A stretch of DNA of 64,000 nt. Source: Octopus vulgaris. Its lineage: Eukaryota. The notes beneath the pieces were generated by a model. It made no database searches and was not told where the DNA came from. It was given only the letters and a program-made list of their open reading frames with translations. Shown one piece after another: positions 26,801 to 42,233 of this stretch (within the stretch, counting starts at the first letter, position 1; every line of letters begins with the position of its first letter). A program made the translations under genes and the position numbers. The stretch is taken from assembly GCA_951406725.2 (NCBI GenBank), contig OX597823.1:23374001-23438000 (forward strand), in the 5' to 3' direction.

Positions 26801-29800
26801 CAATTCTGGATGTATCAGGGAAATCAATGTGGTCTCCTAGAAGGAAAGGAGCAGAAAGCTGTGCAGAAAAATGTTTGAATAATGACGAATGTTCATCATT
26901 TGAAGACTCAGAGGAGATGGGATATTGTTACCGATCAAAGGAAAGTGCAGCTACCTCCACGAAAATAGTGGAATTTGATGACAGAGATTACTATCAAAAA
27001 ATAGATCGTAATTATTCTTTGTATTTTATTATTAAACTCTTTTTTTTTTCTGAAATTTGTGATTACGTTTGTATTTCATTTTATGTAGACCTACACTTCT
27101 GTAAAGACATTGTTAAGTTTACCTATAAGGACAGACATAGTTACTGGAATATGACATGGTCCTTGGACCCTATAAGATCCTATCAAATTGTCCAAGCCAT
27201 GTAAGCTTGAAACATAGACATTCAAAAATGATGATGGTGATGATGATATCAGGGCAATCTTATACAGCATTTGTTCACCCTAAATACTTTTTTTGCATCT
27301 TTTCAAATGTTTTTTGATGTAAGAAAGGCAAGTTTTGTTGTCTTTGTTAAACCTGAATAGTAGCAATAATAGAAGAAACAATAACTTTATGTTCATTTTC
27401 CCATGTTAGCATTGTTTAAACTGTACTGTTACAAAACTGTCTCAAACCTAGTTGCTAGCCTTCAAAATCTAATATATATTATACATACATACATACATAC
27501 ATACATACATACATACATGTATCCAATAAATCTAATTGGTGATGATTATTTGTATAAAACATAAGGAGAAGAGGTAAAAAATGGAAAAAAATTATCTTAT
27601 ACCACCTCTCTTTCTTTATATTTTATACACTCCTAATGAAATAATGTCTAACAAGTGGATTTATTGGATGGATACATACATACATACATACAAAACAAAC
27701 AAACAAAATATAAAGAAAGAAAGGAGATATAAGATGAAAATAATTATTTCACCAATTGACATCCATACAACTACGATCGTTAAAAAAAAAAAGTGAAATG
27801 ATCGTAGTTGTATGGATGTCAATTGGTGATATAAATTTTAAAAATCTTATACACTCCCAATGAAATAATCATTACGAATAGGATTTATTGGATTTCAACT
27901 GCATTGGACTACAGATTACATCCCTTTATTTTGTTTTGGTTTACTATGTGGTTTGTAGCCTGATCCATTAAGAAGTTTTTTTTATGAGTATCACTAGATT
28001 AGTTAAATCCATATATTTTATAGTTTAAAAGTTTAATTTCTCTATCCTTAGAAAAAAATTTGTCTAACCTTAGAAAATTTTTTTTAATGATCATAATAAT
28101 CAAATAGTATTATCTGATACGACCCTCCCATTTATCACTGTATCCAAGATGTAGGAGGGAGCAACAGACTGTGACATCCCATATATTGTCCATTAAATTT
28201 ATGTGTATATATATATATATATATATATACTAGCAGTATTGCCTGGCGTTGCTCGGGTTTGTTTCGACCCTTTAGAATTGGAATTTTTGAAAAGTAAAAC
28301 TGTTGTATTATGTAGCTCTTTAAGTGAACATTTTTCTGGTTGAAATACACCGAAAAATGGCGACACAGCAGTAAAAAATCGTAAAAAATAGGGATTTTCA
28401 TAGAAAAAAAGCACCTTTTTGATGTAAATAATTTTTGGTGTTAACATGGTCCAATTTGAATTTTTTCTTCTACGGAAGGAAGAGCAAGCCTTCTTCTATT
28501 ATACTTTCAATTTTGGTCAGCTTGTGCTGCAGGGTCTCGGAGGAGATAGTGTTAGTTGAAGGCTACCAAACCTGCCATACACAGACAACTACAGCTTTAT
28601 ATATATATATATATATAAAGGGAAAGTTTGCGAAAATAAACAAAAGACGAAGGCAGGTGGTGTACAAACAAACAAATGTATTAGTATAGCGCTCAGGAAT
28701 AGAAAAAGTCTTTTACGTTTCGAGCCTATGCTCTTCGACAGAAAGATACACAGAAAAAAACAAGGAGAGAAAAAATTGTGTGTAATAGCTAACGATCTGT
28801 CATGGCATCTGACATCAGATGGAATGGTCAGCCGCGAGAGGGACAGTAGGGGAGATAACAGGGTCAAGTGACTCCCAATACGAAGGAGCCCCCAACACAA
28901 AGGTGGGTGTGTGTATAAGAGATTATGTATGTGTGTGTGAAAGAGGGCTGGTGGTCTGGACGTGTGTGTGTATGTATGTGTGGGTTTAATATTATGATAT
29001 ATATATATACACACACACATACATATAATAGTTGGTTTTACAGCATAATTAGTTCGCTAACCCTTTTGTTACCAACCCAACCAAAACCGGCTCTGGCTCT
29101 GTAGTACAAATGTCTCGTTTTTATAAATTTTTCATTAAAATATACCACCAAACCTTAGTCGCAATTTATGTTCCTAACACTAGCTTAATGATAATTAAAT
29201 TATTTTACTAAATTCTTTGTTATATTTAAAATAATTGAAAGAAACACAGAGCATCTCAAAATAAATATAGTAATAAAAGGGTTAAAATGTCTGACATGTG
29301 TCTCTGTTGCAAAGAGTATGTGCAGTTGTATATGCAACCCAGCATATTCTGCTGTGCACCTTCATTAAGGGTCTTTCTACAAGCATGGTTTGAAGCAATC
29401 TGAGTTAATTAATTTTTTTTGTGGCTAGTTTATTTCCTTATTCTGCCCTGTTTAAAATAGAAAAGGTAGTGATGGGGGATATACTGAAATCTGATTTGTC
29501 TATCCAGTTTATTTCTTAGCTGCCCGCAAATCAACTCTAGTTCCAGGGTGAAATTAGGAGTTTTATATATATTAAATTAGGTCAAAGTATATCAGAGTAT
29601 TCTGTAGTGGATCTTGCAGTGGTGTGGATTCAATCCTAGATAGCCAAATTTAAATTAACAGTTCAACAGAACTTTTCTCATGGTAAAACAATAATTTTTC
29701 TGTGACAGTAGTTACATTTGCCACATGCCTTAGCTAAGCAAAATAATGTCTTCGCCACTTGACCCTTCTAACCTCTTCTATTTCACCAATAGCTAGAACA

Positions 29801-30237
29801 GAGATATCACAGACCTGCTTGTGGCCATAACTAGTTGTCCATTCACTAACTGACGGTCGGTCGCTCTTACTAACCCTGTTCTCACTAATTCCTTTTGCTT
29901 GGGGGTTCTTGTTTTTATAACTATCCAGAAGGATAGACATATCGTTGAGAACAATAGATTTTGTTGGAGGTCTGTGATATCTCTATTCTAGCTATTGGTG
30001 AAATAGAAGAGGTTAGAAGGGTCAAGTGGCAAAAACATTATTTTGCTTAGCTAAGGCATCTGGCAAATGTAATTACTGTCAAGGAAAAACTATTGTATTA
30101 CTGCAAGAAAAGTGCTGTTGAAGTGTTAATTTAAATTTGGCTATCTAGGATTGAATCTACACCAATAACTTTGTCTTTGTGTTAAAAGAGATTGAATAAA
30201 CATAATATTAAACTTAATTACATCGATAGATTTGAAT

Positions 30238-30284
<47 letters not shown>

Positions 30285-32186
30285 TTGTGTAAAGGATTGT
30301 TACATATGGACAAGGATAGATGTGCTGATCTCTCATTGTGTAAGAAGTAGATCCAAGAAGACATGGGATGAAGTGGTGAAACATGATCTTTGAGCTTTGG
30401 GTCATATGGAGACGATGACTAGTGACCAAAATCTTAGGTGATATGGTGTGCTTGAGAAGACCCATCAAGCCAAGTGAAATCATAATCACATAACTGGCAC
30501 CCATGCCAGTGGCACATAAAAAACACCCTTTGGGCCTTGGGGCTCACAGATGCTATATGGTTGATGCCTGCTTTGCACAATTGTGCCAGTGCTGGTGCAT
30601 GTAAAAAAGCACCTTTCGAGTGTTGGGCCTCACAGAGGCAATGACAAATGACCAAAACCTTCAGCAATATGCTATGCTTGAGTAGAAGACCTATCAAGCC
30701 AAGTGAAATCATAGTTGTAGCAGATACTGGTGTCATGTGAATGACACCCATGCCAGTGGCATGTAACAGTACCCATTACACTCTTGGAGTGGTTGGTGTT
30801 TGGAAGGTCATCCAGCTGTAGAAACCAAGCCAAATCAGACTGGAATCTTGAGCTGCTTCTCAGCTTGTTAGCTCTAGTTGAACCGTCCAACCCATGCCAG
30901 TATGGACAATGAATGTTAAATGATGATGATGATGATTTCTTTTTTAAGATGTCTATAAAGAGAGTGTACTACTAAGTTGATGAGAAGTTAACATACCTGT
31001 ATGTGTTGTGATGAATTATACAAAACAAAAAAGATATTTTAAGCTAGTGATGATAATGATATCTGATTGAAAGTTAAGCCAGATAATGTCCCAACAAATA
31101 CCTCCACTATTTGCACCTCCCCTTTGTGAGCGGATACTATTCTATCCCATACCTGTATGGAAATGCTTAAAGGTTTTCCCATGTAGGTGTAAACATCTTA
31201 AGCCACTTCTAGTCTACTGTTAAGTAACTGGTGTTTCAATGTAAAAATCTGATACATTTCTTCTATGCACAAGTTACATCTCTTTTACCCCAGGGTCTAG
31301 TGACTCCATCCAGCAAACCAACCCAGTAGAGATGCACATTCTATTCTATGTCAATAGGGAGTTTCCACTAATAGAGGGTGGATTATGCTGCTTAGTATCA
31401 ATGTAAGAAGCACTGTTGGCCCAGCTGTGATCTTCTGCTGCTTCTTCACAATCTTCCATGTTGTAGTCTCATGACTTCACTGTATCCCTGGCAGGGTGGC
31501 TGAACGGTTGCTATACCTTGCTAAAGGTCTGCCCATAACTATGCAGAGCATGGCCATCACTCTGTGAGGTATTTTCGGGCAATGATTGAAACAGGTTGCT
31601 TGGCATCAAGAAAGTCATTAGGTTCTCACAGCCCGTTACCCATTCAGTTATTTAGTCAATAGAAGTTCTATGCTGGTATTGTATAAAGAGTTAGGGGAAT
31701 CTGCTGACTTTTGCAAAAGAGAATGTGTGATAAATGAGATTGAAAGGGCTGAAGACAGATGTGATCCTCATCAACTTTTTCAAGTTTCTGTTGAAAAGGA
31801 AATTGAGGGTGGAGAGGTAAGTGTTGCCTCCCAGAAAATTTTCAAAAAGGTTTATGTGAGTGGTTTGTCAACTGATCAAACCTACCCCAAGAATGAGCCT
31901 GTAGACAGGGAAAAGATAATCAAGAGTATACATTTGTCTTCACTGTCAGGGTAACCATGGTTTCATGAGGTTTCTGTTAGTAATGCTTAGAGTTTTCCTT
32001 TCTTTTGAGGAACTATTTTTTGTTATAATTCTTTTCTTTGTTTCTGTTACATCACATTATACATGTTCTTTTTATTGAAATCCTACACTGTATCTCTTGT
32101 GCTCTGTTTTTGTCTACCATTTGTGCTTAATAAAGAAAACCTCCTCCTCCTTCTTTTTCTTCTTTTTTAGTAGTAGTAGTAAAAAG

Positions 32187-32219
<33 letters not shown>

Positions 32220-35200
32220 AGGGGGGATGGGGAGGAGTTCATAGCCATACGCCTGTGCTTCTGATCTGGCGACAAGTGAGTTGTGGACCGGAGCGTTGTC
32301 CTGCAGGAGGAGGATGCCTTTGCTGATCTTGCCCCACCTCTTGATTTTGATAACTTCTCTTAATTTCCTCAAAAGTGAAGCATAATAGGCTCCTGCAATT
32401 GTGGTACCCTTTGCCAGGAAATCTGTCATCACTACTCCGTCCTGGTCCCAGAAGACTGTGAGCATGACCTTGCCAGCGGAGGGCTGCACCCTTGCCTTCT
32501 TTGGAGGGGGTGAGTCACGGTGCTTCCACTGCATTGACTGGGCTTTGGTCTCTGGATCATCGTGATGGACCCAGGTTTCATCCTGTGTAATCAGTCTTTT
32601 GAAAAATTTGACTCATCTTCTTGGCACATCTCCAAATTCACCCTCAAGCACTCGACGCGTTCTTGCTTCTGGAAAGGCGTGAGCAACCTGGGAATCCATC
32701 TGGCAGACACCTTTTGCATATGCAAATGGTCATGAATGATAGTTTCCACAGACCCGGTACTAATCTTGACCTCATGGGCTATTTGGCGAATAATTATGCG
32801 TCGATCTTCGAAAATGGCAGCCTCAACTTGACGGACAGATGCCTCATCAATGGCAGAAGGGGGCGACCAGATCTGGGAGCTGTTTCCACAGAGTTCCGAC
32901 CATGTTTGAATTCACTATGTCAGCGTTTTACAAGGTCATATGATGGGGCATCATCACCATAAGTTACTTTCATTTCATCAAAAGTCTCCCGTGGTGTGCG
33001 TCCTTTCAAATACAAAAACCGGATCACTGCTCGACACTCAACAGGCTCCATTTCACACTTGACTCGGTTCAAACACCTGTAAATCAGAAACCACAATTAA
33101 TTCAGAGCTGTAATTTGTCACTTACTCTATAAAGATATAAATGATTGCACATGCAAAATTTCAGCTAGATCAAACAACTGCAAGTGGATCAGAGGCATTA
33201 CTTATTGAACGTCCCTCGTATTCTTAAGAGATTTTCTCTCTCATTTCTTGTTCATTATCCTATTATCATGCAACACTCCTAGGTATTTGTATCCCTCATT
33301 ATTCCACAGCAATCTAATGATGCTGTGACAATTTTATGCTGTCTGATTTGGCATGGTTTCTACAGCTGGATACCCTTATCAACCACTCCAGAAGTGTATT
33401 GGGTACTTTCACATACCACCGGCATGGGCGCCATTTACATGACACCGGCAACAATCACGACTATGATTCTTGGGTAATTTTTACATGGCACTGGCAACGA
33501 CCATGACTATGATGCACAAGTGCCATTAAAATGGCAATGACCACGATGATTCACAGGTGCTCTTTACATGGTACTGGCAACAACCATGACTACTATTCGT
33601 AGGTGCCATTTCCATGGCATGGTCATTGACCCCAACTCCAATTCATGGGTGCCATTTACAAGGCACCAGAGATGGCCTGACTCCAATTCCATGGGTACAA
33701 TTTACATGGCACTGGCAATGGCCACAATTACGATTTCACTTGGCCTGACAAGTTTTCTCATGCACAGCATATTGCCAGAGGTCTCTTTTCCTTTGCTTCA
33801 TCCCTTGCTTAGGAATTTTATCTTTTTTGCTCATTCCATCAATCTCTCCTTTGAATTCTTCTCATAACGTGCCAAATTATTATTATTATCATTATTATTA
33901 TTATCATTATTATTATTATTATTATTATTATTACGAATATTTTTTAAATATTAAAAATAATTATCAAGCAGTGCCATTTAATTGAAATTATAAATAAAAT
34001 GTTTGAAAGCCATCTGGTTTAATTTTTTTTAATGGACAGTTTTTTTTTATAAAAGCACAGTCCATCCACAACGTTATTTTTTGGCATGAGACACTCTTCT
34101 CAGAATTCTTGTGAACTCTGCTAAGTCATGAGACATACTCAAAACTTCACATAAATGTTTAGGCTGCAGTTAATCCATCAGAAGAGAAATTTATTCTGAT
34201 GGTGTGCTTTGGTTTAAAACTGAATAATGGCACTTGACATGTTGGTTGATCACAAGTATAAGGGACATTTTACCTTACAAAAGCATACCCTCAGAGGAAG
34301 AAGTACAAAAGGATTATTTACAATCTAAATATTGAAATAAAGTTTTGAGTAAGTCTCAAGATGTACTATTACTCACATGAATGCTGATGAGGATATGATT
34401 TTGCTGATCAAATATTTGTTTATAAAAAATTGTCCATTATTCTCCATGTGTGGTATAATACTTAATATATGTTTGTAGAGTTTCTTTTGTGTGTGAGTGT
34501 GTGTGTGTGTATGTGTCTGACTGCCAGTCTTTCTGTTTTTATATGCATGTATGAGTATAATATGTATTTCTTGATTTTTTTCCAGCCTATGGTGAGGTTT
34601 TTGTATTTAAAAGAGTTCATATACCAGGGCAGGATAATTTTGAACAGTTTAAGAACGTGGACTTAAAGAAGTGTCATGAAGAGTGCTTGAAACGTCCGCA
34701 ATGTTTTTCTTATGAGTACCATGAAAGAACGAAGGCCTGTGATCTGAGTAATGCAAATCATTTGAGTCATGATCTTAAGCCCAATGAAAAAGGTTGGGAT
34801 ATTTACATACTTAATCCAGGTCAGTTGCTTGTTTTCATTTTATTAATGATGTGTCCATTGTGTGTATTTATGTTTGTATACATCTGTGTGTGTGTGTATC
34901 AAATATATGCATATCTATGTATCTGTGTGTATATACATATGTGTATGTATATATATAAACACATATGCCAGAATGGACAATGGATGTTAAATGATGATGA
35001 TGACATTTATCTTCTTTAAATATAAAACTGAGAATGTGTGTCTGTCTGTCTGTCTGTCTATCTGTCTGTCTGTCTGTCTATCTGTCTGTCTGTGTGTTTC
35101 CCTAAAACTTGAGAACTGCACAACCAATTTCATTCAAATTTTACACATGCCTTACCTAGGGTCCATGTAGTTTCATGGGCAAAAAAAATGTTCAACTTCT

Positions 35201-38200
35201 TGCCTAGAGCGAGCCCATAGCAATATCATATCTTCTCCACTATTTCAGTATTACGTGTTAAAAGTGAAACAAAAACATTTCTCTATTTCATGTCAGATAC
35301 TTTCACTTTAACAATAAAAATAATAATAACAATTGAATTATATGCAGTAAGTAATAATTAAAATCAAACTAAAGTATAATATAATCATAACATAACAAAA
35401 GTAAAAATAGCAATTGGTATAAAATTGCATCAATGACTTGAACTTGAATGGAAATAAATTAAAAATAAAAGTGGTTTCACATGAATGGAAATAAATTAAA
35501 AATAAAATTAGCATGCAGAAATGGAATAGTCCAGATGGATAATAAAAAATTAAATTAAAGAAAAGACTATTGTCTATAAAGTATACAATGTAGAGAAAAA
35601 AGAAGATTTGAAAACATGGAGGAAAGCACCTTCGAAAAGTGTCTTGGTGCGACTATGAAAGATATCTAATCAGAGGCGGTAAATTCGCCACAATAGAAGC
35701 AAGGTTCGAGTCAACGGAGCGTGCAAGGGAGTACTCGACTCGAACTTGCCAAGTGGAAATACTTTATTTTTACCTTTATATCTGGGACGTAGGACGTCCC
35801 GGAAAAAAATTTAAAATGCCCCCCCCCCCCAGAAGTAGAGGTAGGCTGGATTGTAGCCGCACTTCTATACAAGAGGGAGAACAAGATACAATTGATTGAA
35901 ATTACAAGAGATGGGCTAACAATTCCAGTCTGTTATATATTTTGAGTATTGATATCACTGGCGATATCAAGATATAACTTTGTATTTTGTATTTTATGCG
36001 TAGATGTATATATATATAGATGTACATGTAATATGTACACATATATATACACATATATACATGCACTAGCACTATGACCCGGCAACGATGGGTCTTTAAT
36101 GCTAGTAATATATAATACAGGTGTGTGTGTGTGTGTGTGTGTGATGACCATTACTTGATCCCACGTAAAATCAATATTTTTCATCTAATTTCGTTCACAC
36201 TTGGCAAATACATCACTTATGTTCCACAGATGGCTCTACACTATTTAGAGTTTTCACTTATGGAGTAATATGGAATAATAGCGCTTCTAAGGTCAGAAGG
36301 TCTGTACTTTGCGAAATAACAGTCAGAAATTGATTGTTTCCCTTACACAGCAATAATCAAAAAAAAAAAAAAGGCCAGAAGGTCTGTACTCTGTGAAATA
36401 ACAGTCAGAAATTGATTGTTTCCCTTACACAGCAATCATCAAAAAAGGTCGTAACCAGGAATTTTTGGTTGACAATTGGTGGATCGTAGCCCACAAAAAG
36501 ATGCTCTGCAAACCATTTCATGCACACATCAACATAGAATTCAATGACGAAAACCAGGCTAGCCTACACAGTTGGATCCAGCCATGTACAAAGGCGACAC
36601 AATCAGATGCGTCTAGAGAGTTCAGCCCCTGAACTCCAAATGCTTCCATCTGCATCTCTTACTTCATGTCATTAAGGGATCAATCTCCTTCAACAACCTT
36701 CGCACAATGGACGGCCACTTATGCGGCACTTATCCTGCTTCAAACTGATACAGATAATCAATATGATAATGCACTTGAAGAGGCCTCTCTGTGTCGTCCT
36801 CTGCACAAGCTCTGACACCTTTTCGCAATAATGCTGGTTTTCTGCAACCTGACAAATGCACATTCACTTTGGAATAAACACAAAGACTCAATGTGCCATG
36901 ACATTTTGCTGTAGACTTGACAAATCACAGATACCCTTGACACTCCCACTATCCCTGTCATTTACAACAGGAGACTTCTCCACTTGGAAGACTTTGTTTT
37001 ATCATTGTTAGGTCAATGATTGGGCACTTATTCTCTCAACACTTCAGACAGAAATGAAGATGCCTGTTCCAATCATCTCATTCTTAGAGAAACATCCTAC
37101 AACATCTACAAAGTCAAAGTTGACATTACTGACAATGAGCCCCTTCTGAATTCCAATCAAGCTGATGTATACAATTTCGTCCTCAGAAACACCTACACAC
37201 ACTCCGGTGGAGTCAGCTTCTTAGATGCACCTGTTGGAACTGGGAAAACTTTCATCCTGAATATTCTTCTTGCGAAGTTGCAGCATAATGGTGACCTTGT
37301 TATTGCTGTTGCTTTCTCAGAAATAGCCTCAACTCTTCTCACTCTAGCTTCAAATTGCCTTTCAATGTAGCACGTAAAGAAAACCGAATGAGCCACATAA
37401 TGTATTCCTTGGATTAAGTGACAATTTAAAAAAATTGCCAACTCATTGTTTGGGATGAAGCAACTATGTCCCATAAATGTTCCCTACAACCACTTGATAC
37501 CACAATGAGAGACCTTAGACCAAACAACAAGATCCTTGAAGGTGTGACTCTACTTCTTGCAGGAGATTTTCAACAAACTCTGCCTATTACACTCAAAGGA
37601 ACACCCACTGATGAACTTAATGCCTGCCTTAAAAAATCTCTCCTTTAGTCACATGTCCAATCAAACAACTCACCATCAACATGAGATCACCCCTACAGAC
37701 TGGTTAGCCTAGAACCCAGTTTTTTGGAAATGTTCCTTATAATCGGCAATGGACAGATTATGTCCAACAGCAATTGATACACTAACACTACCACCATTGG
37801 TCACACTGTCTCCAGCCCTGATGACTTATGTACTGCCGTTTACTCAAATCTTGCAACAGAATAAATAAAAACAGATTGGCTTCGTGACAGGGCTGTTCTT
37901 GCACCTGCAAATGCAGCTGTCAATACTCTTAACTATGACTTGCTCAGTCAGCTACCTTCTCAAGAATGTTGTTACAGATCAGTTGATACCATTACTGACC
38001 TCAATCAAGTTATACACTTTCCTACAGAATTTTTCAACTCTCAAGATCTTCCAAGACTCTCCCCATGAACTACACTTAAAAGTCAGTTGTCCTGTCATCC
38101 TCCTATGTAATCTAAACTGAAACACACTATGCAATGGAACTCACCATGTTGCCAAACAAATGATGGACTACACCATTGAAGCCCAAATTATCATGGGACA

Positions 38201-39740
38201 TGGCAAAAACAATACTGTTTTCATGCCGAAAGTTCTGCTAACTGCAACAGATAGCTCCTACCCTATGCAGAGACTTCAGTTCCCTCTCAAGCTCAGCTTT
38301 ACCATGACAATTAACAAAGCACAAGATCAGTCGCTGAAAGTTATCTGATTGGACTTTTGAATATCGTACTTTTCACATGGACATTTCTATGGTGGTTGTT
38401 TCAGAGTTGGCCATCCAGACAACTTATTCATCTATGATCCTGAAGGAAAAACAAAAAATGTCATCTACAAAGCAGCCCTACAGTAGTTATTCGTCTACTG
38501 CATTCTTCACATCTATGCCAAACTGTAGCCGTTAGCAATCAGACTTCCTGAAAGCATTTCATTGATATTTTGTTTCATTTCCCTGATTGCTGTTAACAGT
38601 ACGTTACCTTCAACGACCCTCCTTACTTCATGCACACCGTTTGCTCATAAGCATGCTGTCACATTTATTTTTGTGCTTGCTGTTATTTTATTTGCGTGCT
38701 TGCTATAAATGTTTGCTTTTCTTTATCATACATGACTTCCATTGAAAAAAGCTTCAATATGGTTGTGCCAGGCATTACAAGAAAAATAAAAAAATAAGTA
38801 CATGATACAAAACACTTCAAGTAAGATATAGGATCCCTAATGCCTACTGAAACTGTGATCTCATTTCATGGACTTTCATTTATTACTAACAGCCAAATTT
38901 GTGTTAAAAAAAATTTATTCCTTACCTAAATTTCTTAATGCCATATCATTAACTGCTAACAAAAAATGGGAATTATACATTTTATGTTTATCAGCTTGAA
39001 AGTGACAGCAAGTGGCTTAGTGGTTAGGGCATTCGACTCATGTTCATAAGGTTGTGAGTTCAATTCCCAGCAACGCGTTGTATCCTTGAGCAAGACACTT
39101 TATTTCATGTTACTCCAGTCCACTAAGCTGGCAAAAATGAGTAGTTTCTGTATTTCAAAGGGCCAGCCTTGTCACACTCTGTGTCATGCTGAATCTCCCT
39201 GAGAACTGCTTTAAGGGTGCACGTGTCTGTGGAGTGCTCAGCTACTTGCATGTTAATTTCACGAGCAAGCTGTTCCGTTGAAAGTATCAGCTGGGACCGC
39301 CATCGTTGTAACAGACGGAGTGATCCTCCATGTGTCTGTGGAGTGCTCGGCCACATGCACATTAATTTCATGAGCAGGCTGTTCCATTGATCGGATCAAC
39401 TGGAATTCTCGTTGTTGTAACTGATGGAGTGCCACGACGATGATCAACTTGAAATGACCTCTTATTGCTAATTCAACTTAAACTGTCCATAGGGGTGCAC
39501 CATTATAATAAATTACACCATCTGAAGGACAGGTGCATTTGCTAGTATATATATATAGGCATAGGAGTGGCTGTGTGGTAAGTAGCTTGCTTACCAACCA
39601 CATGGTTCCGAGTTCAGTCCTACTGCATGGTACCTTGGGCAAGTGTCTTCTACTATAGCCTCAGGCTGACCAAAGCCTTGTGAGTGGATTTGGTAGAGGG
39701 AAGCTGAAAGAAGCCCATTATATATATGTATATATATATA

Positions 39741-39785
<45 letters not shown>

Positions 39786-41286
39786 GTATATGTATGCGTG
39801 TGTATATGTTTGTGTGTCTGTGTTTGTCCCCTCAACATTGCTTGACATCCGATGCTGGTGTGTTTATGTGCTCATAACTTAGTGATTCGGCGAAAGAAAC
39901 TGATAGAATTAGTACTAGGCTTACAAAAAATGAGTTCTGGGGTCGATTTGCTCAACAAAAAGGCAGTGCTCCAGCATGGCCACAGTCAAATGACTGAAAC
40001 AAGTAAAAGAATAAAAGAGTAAAGTGTAAGAGTATATATTTGTCCAGCCAGAATTGGATTGCTTCTATTCCATAATTGTGGTGTATATTAGTGCATAGGT
40101 TTATCCCATCAAATGAAACCATGAGTGTTTCTTCTCTGACCCCTTCTGGTTGGTGATATTAACATATCTAAGTCATCTCTAATATAACTTTTGATGTAGT
40201 TTAGAAATAGTTCCAGGAGGATGTCCATGTGGCATCTTAGTCAATATGTTTCACAAGATGGTCTATCTATAATGGGCTGTAATTTTAGGTCATTCTGGTG
40301 CATGTATGTATGTATGCTTTTGGTGATTTTTGGTGGCTTAAAAAGTTATATTAGAGATGACTTAGATATGTTACATCACCTACCAGAAGAGGTCAAGGAA
40401 GAAACACTCATTGTTTCATTTGATGGGATAAACCTATACACTAATATACCCCACAATTATGGAATAGAAGCAATCCAGTTCTGGCTGGACAAATATCCAG
40501 AAGAAATGCCAGAATGAATCAACAAAGATTTCATAATTGAATCAATAAAATTCATCCTTCAAAACAACCATTTCATGTTTGACACCACTGTTTATTGCCA
40601 AAAATCCAGAATTGCCATGGGGACCAGGGCAGCACTGACCATTGCCAACCTAACAATAGACTATCTGGAAATAACAATATATCAGGAGTCATTTTCAAAA
40701 TTTTGTAACCTTCTCTCCCAATACATAAAAGAAAATTGGAAAAGATTTCTGGATGACTGCTTCATCTTCTAGAATGAAAACATAGATAAACTCCTGGAAT
40801 TCAAAAGACTCCTTAATAACATTAACACCAACATACAATTTACAATGGAATACAACTAAGAACTCCTATTCCTAGACATACTAGTTTAAAAAATAAACCA
40901 AAAATAGAAATGGACCTCAACTCAAGTGCGACTAAATAAAGGTCTCAATTATCAAAAGATATATACCAGAATTAAATATAAACCCATATTGAAAAGTAAA
41001 GATTTATCCAATTTATTGAATATAATATTGATATAAGCCAGAATCAAATACAAATCTATATTAAAAATTACATATTTACCTTCCCGTTACTCAAAAATAC
41101 TTTGGTTACCAATTATCCCCCCCTAGCAAACAAAAAATCTCTAACTCCAAATTGTACCCAACACCCAAACTTTGAAAAGCATTTGCAAAACCTATTATAT
41201 TATGTTGGAAGAAAAAATCTTATTTTGAATAATACTTATATTAAATAATTCTTTTACCATGTGGAATTAACAACCATATACCTTGT

Positions 41287-41365
<79 letters not shown>

Positions 41366-41979
41366 GCACACATATATAGCAGGAAATGTGGGCCCTGAAT
41401 GTGACAGGCATGTAAAGGTTGGAGAACAACAAAGCTGGTATGCTTTACCAGATGTGCAATGTCAATGTGCATGTGTAACAGAACACTGGTATATTGAGAG
41501 AGAAGTTGGACATAAGAAGAATTAAATACGGTGTGCAAGAGAGGAGACTGTGCTGGTTTGATTATGTGATGCAGATGAATGAGAACACGTACATAAAGAA
41601 ATGCCAATCACTTAAAGTTGAGGGAAGTTGTAGATGAGGGAGACACAGGAAGATATGGGACAAAGTACTGAAGGCCAATCTCAAAATGCTGAGCCTTATG
41701 AAAGAGGTGATAGAAGATCGAGGTACATGGCACAATGCTGTACTCAAGGAGACCCAACCACTACAACAGAGTTGAGATTCTAAAATCAAGGTGCCATGTA
41801 AAAAGCACCTGGTACACCCTGTAAAGTGATTGGCATTAGGAAGGGCATCCAATCATAGCAACCATGCCAAAACAGACGATGAAATCTAGTGCAATTCCTG
41901 GTCTTGTCAGTTCCTATCAACCCGTCCAACTCATGGAACATGGACATTAAAAGCTGCTGCTGCTGATATGTGCATATCA

Positions 41980-42016
<37 letters not shown>

Positions 42017-42180
42017 CCTTTAATTTTGTTTACAGAAAATGTTTTGAATATACATGTAAAAGTTCCTATTTTATAATACTGGCTATAGTCTAATGATGTC
42101 AACTGGCCATACCAGCTTTTTGGGGTTGTACTGAGTTGTGCTGATATGATGTAGGATAAACTCCATCTAAGGATTATTAC

Positions 42181-42233
<53 letters not shown>

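Noticed and set aside
37020-38490. Possible host PIF1 helicase gene
   Set aside because: Intronless, full of stops and frameshifts, and bounded by Helitron-type termini.
39005-39640. tRNA-like A/B boxes at 39015-39070 and 39567-39625 (also 12770-12850)
   Set aside because: No complete cloverleaf; they are heads of multi-copy SINEs.
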